Source of the DNA: Okamejei kenojei
Lineage: Eukaryota
Assembly (NCBI GenBank): GCA_035221665.1
Contig: CM069131.1
Span: 132,122,001-132,186,000, forward strand
Direction: 5' to 3'
DNA length: 64,000 nt
The notes below the pieces were generated by a model. The model worked only from the letters and a program-made list of their open reading frames with translations. It was not told the DNA's origin and ran no database searches. This document shows, piece by piece, positions 62,629-64,000 of the stretch. A program made the position numbers and the translations under genes. Within the stretch, counting starts at the first letter, position 1. Every line of letters starts with the position of its first letter.

Positions 62629-63188
62629 TATTGTGTTCGATAAATCCCTGGATTCAGATAACAGAGTTTGATTCACTCAGCAATTTATTACACTACTAAA
62701 TAAGGCACATATACTCACATATCTTCGAATATCCCCGAACGCACTCGCAAACCACGAGTACACAGCAGAGCATGCCGCAGAGTGTTTCTACATACTCACT
62801 CATCCCGGTACACACTCGCAAACTCATCAGAGCATGCCACAGGATGTTTCATTCTTGATTACCTGGCACCATTTGCGACATGGTCCAAGACTGAGGTTCT
62901 CGCACCGAAGGGGTGCCCAACACCAATCTTTATGGCATTTCTTATCAGAACAGACCACTCCACTGCCCCCACCTCAAGCCAATCATAAGCCCCTCTTGTC
63001 TGCAATGTTTCTGTGTTACTAGCGGCAGGGGACAAGGGTGGTCTACCCAACTATTGCTGTTGTTCACCAATGTGGCCTTTCCCATGCCATTCTATGGAAA
63101 AGACTGTGTTTCCTGGCAATGATCACAGGTGCGAGGAGATAACGCATCTAGAAACTTCTTTTCGAGAGGCTATGGAATGTAGGGCTGC
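62629..63188 (-). repeat. ERV 5' LTR, cut by a G-rich element
   Basis: Colinear with 56729-57300 until agggctgc, then switches to G-rich sequence. Confidence 0.8.
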
Positions 63189-64000
63189 CTGTGGGGGCAG
63201 GGGTGTTGTGGGGGCATGGGTGGGGTTGTGGGGGAGTTGTGGGATGTGGGGGGGGCAGGGGGAGGGTTGTGGGGGCAGGGGGTATATTGGGGCGGGGGGA
63301 ATGTGGGGGTTGGGGCATTGTTGTGTGGAGGGGGGTTAGTGGTGGAGGGGGAGTTGAGGGGGTTTGTGGGGGGGCGGGGGGGGAGTTTGTGGGGGGGGGG
63401 TGTTTGTGGGGGGTTGTGGGGGGACGGTTATGGGCGGGGCATGTATGAGGTGTGGGCAGGGGTGTGTGGGGGGAGAGTGGTGTGTAAGCGGGGAGGAGGG
63501 GTGTTAGCTCGGAGAAAAGATGGGGAAGAGCCATGGGGGAGAGGGGGGCATGACGGGGGAGGGGGTGGAGCCAGCGAGGGGGACCAGAGGGGTAGTGGCT
63601 GGAATTGGCGGTGCAATGGGGATTCACAGCAGGCGTTGGTTGTTTTCCTCCGCCAGGATCAGAGTCTCTGCTTTCCATTTGGCGACATCTCCGATTCCGG
63701 GCTGGGTCGGCTCTCCGACGCTGGGCTGAGCTGCGTTGGATCCCTCCGAAAATTGTGTCCGGTTGGAAGACTCCACCAGCCAACCTCAGCTCCAGTAAAG
63801 ACGCGATGGTGCAGGAAGGGGTGGCCCGAACCGCGGAGTGACAGGGGAAAAGAACAATCCGCGCAGCGCTGACTGGCAGAGGAGATCGATCTGCGCACGT
63901 GCGCGGTGTATAAGATTTTTAAACCTCGCTAACGTTTACGACATTCAACTGATCGGAACAAAATCTGGTATACTCGCAGCACAGGAGGACGTTGAGTGAA
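63189..64000 (-). repeat. Unclassified repeat with a G-rich low-complexity tract (63189-63600); runs off the window
   Basis: G-run/GT-rich tract; the reverse complement of 63900-64000 resembles 7720-7830. Confidence 0.45.

Larger units (their letters stand above)
56729..63188 (-). mobile_element. Endogenous retrovirus, class III (ERV-L/ERV-S-like) gag/pol with gamma-type env remnants; degraded and deleted
   Basis: LTR pair 56729-57364 / 62629-63188; tRNA-Ser PBS 62609-62626; PPT 57365-57374; gag WDGDI and FLAVLRAGVDKQPIDAVPT; integrase WTLHISYYPQAAGLVERANGLLK; env LQN/RMVLDFLLAEKEGTCATGRECC and a TM helix (ORF 57672..57902). Confidence 0.85.

Noticed and set aside
63148-63872. Long Pro-rich and Gly-rich ORFs (211 and 218 aa)
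   Set aside because: Artefacts of G-rich low-complexity sequence that lacks stop codons

Overview
Eukaryotic, vertebrate genomic DNA, most likely a cartilaginous fish (skate/ray/shark). That assignment is inferred from the dense HER1/CR1-type LINEs, HE1-like V-SINEs, Penelope, Rex1 and DIRS elements. Most of the window is nested, degraded transposable elements, so most short ORFs in the supplied track are TE fragments. One host gene can be reconstructed: a five-exon granzyme K/A-like gene on the minus strand (22371 to 17930, 278 aa). It has an intact ORF, canonical GT-AG introns, a signal peptide, an ME propeptide, the IIGG N-terminus and 8 cysteines. However, its catalytic His57 is Ser and its GDSGGP motif reads VDAGDP (Ser195 to Ala), so it looks like a conserved, highly cationic granzyme pseudo-protease, reminiscent of mammalian azurocidin. 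Other notable items: (1) a 1.2-kb gag-only Gypsy element whose tRNA-Leu primer-binding site extends to about 45 nt with a mismatch exactly at tRNA position 58; (2) a full-length DIRS1-like element with ITR/ICR and a 3-bp ATT recombination core; (3) a class III (ERV-L/S-like) endogenous retrovirus with a tRNA-Ser PBS and gamma-type env remnants, interrupted by several younger insertions. Coordinates were read by eye; TE boundaries are approximate, and many single-base indels may be sequencing errors.
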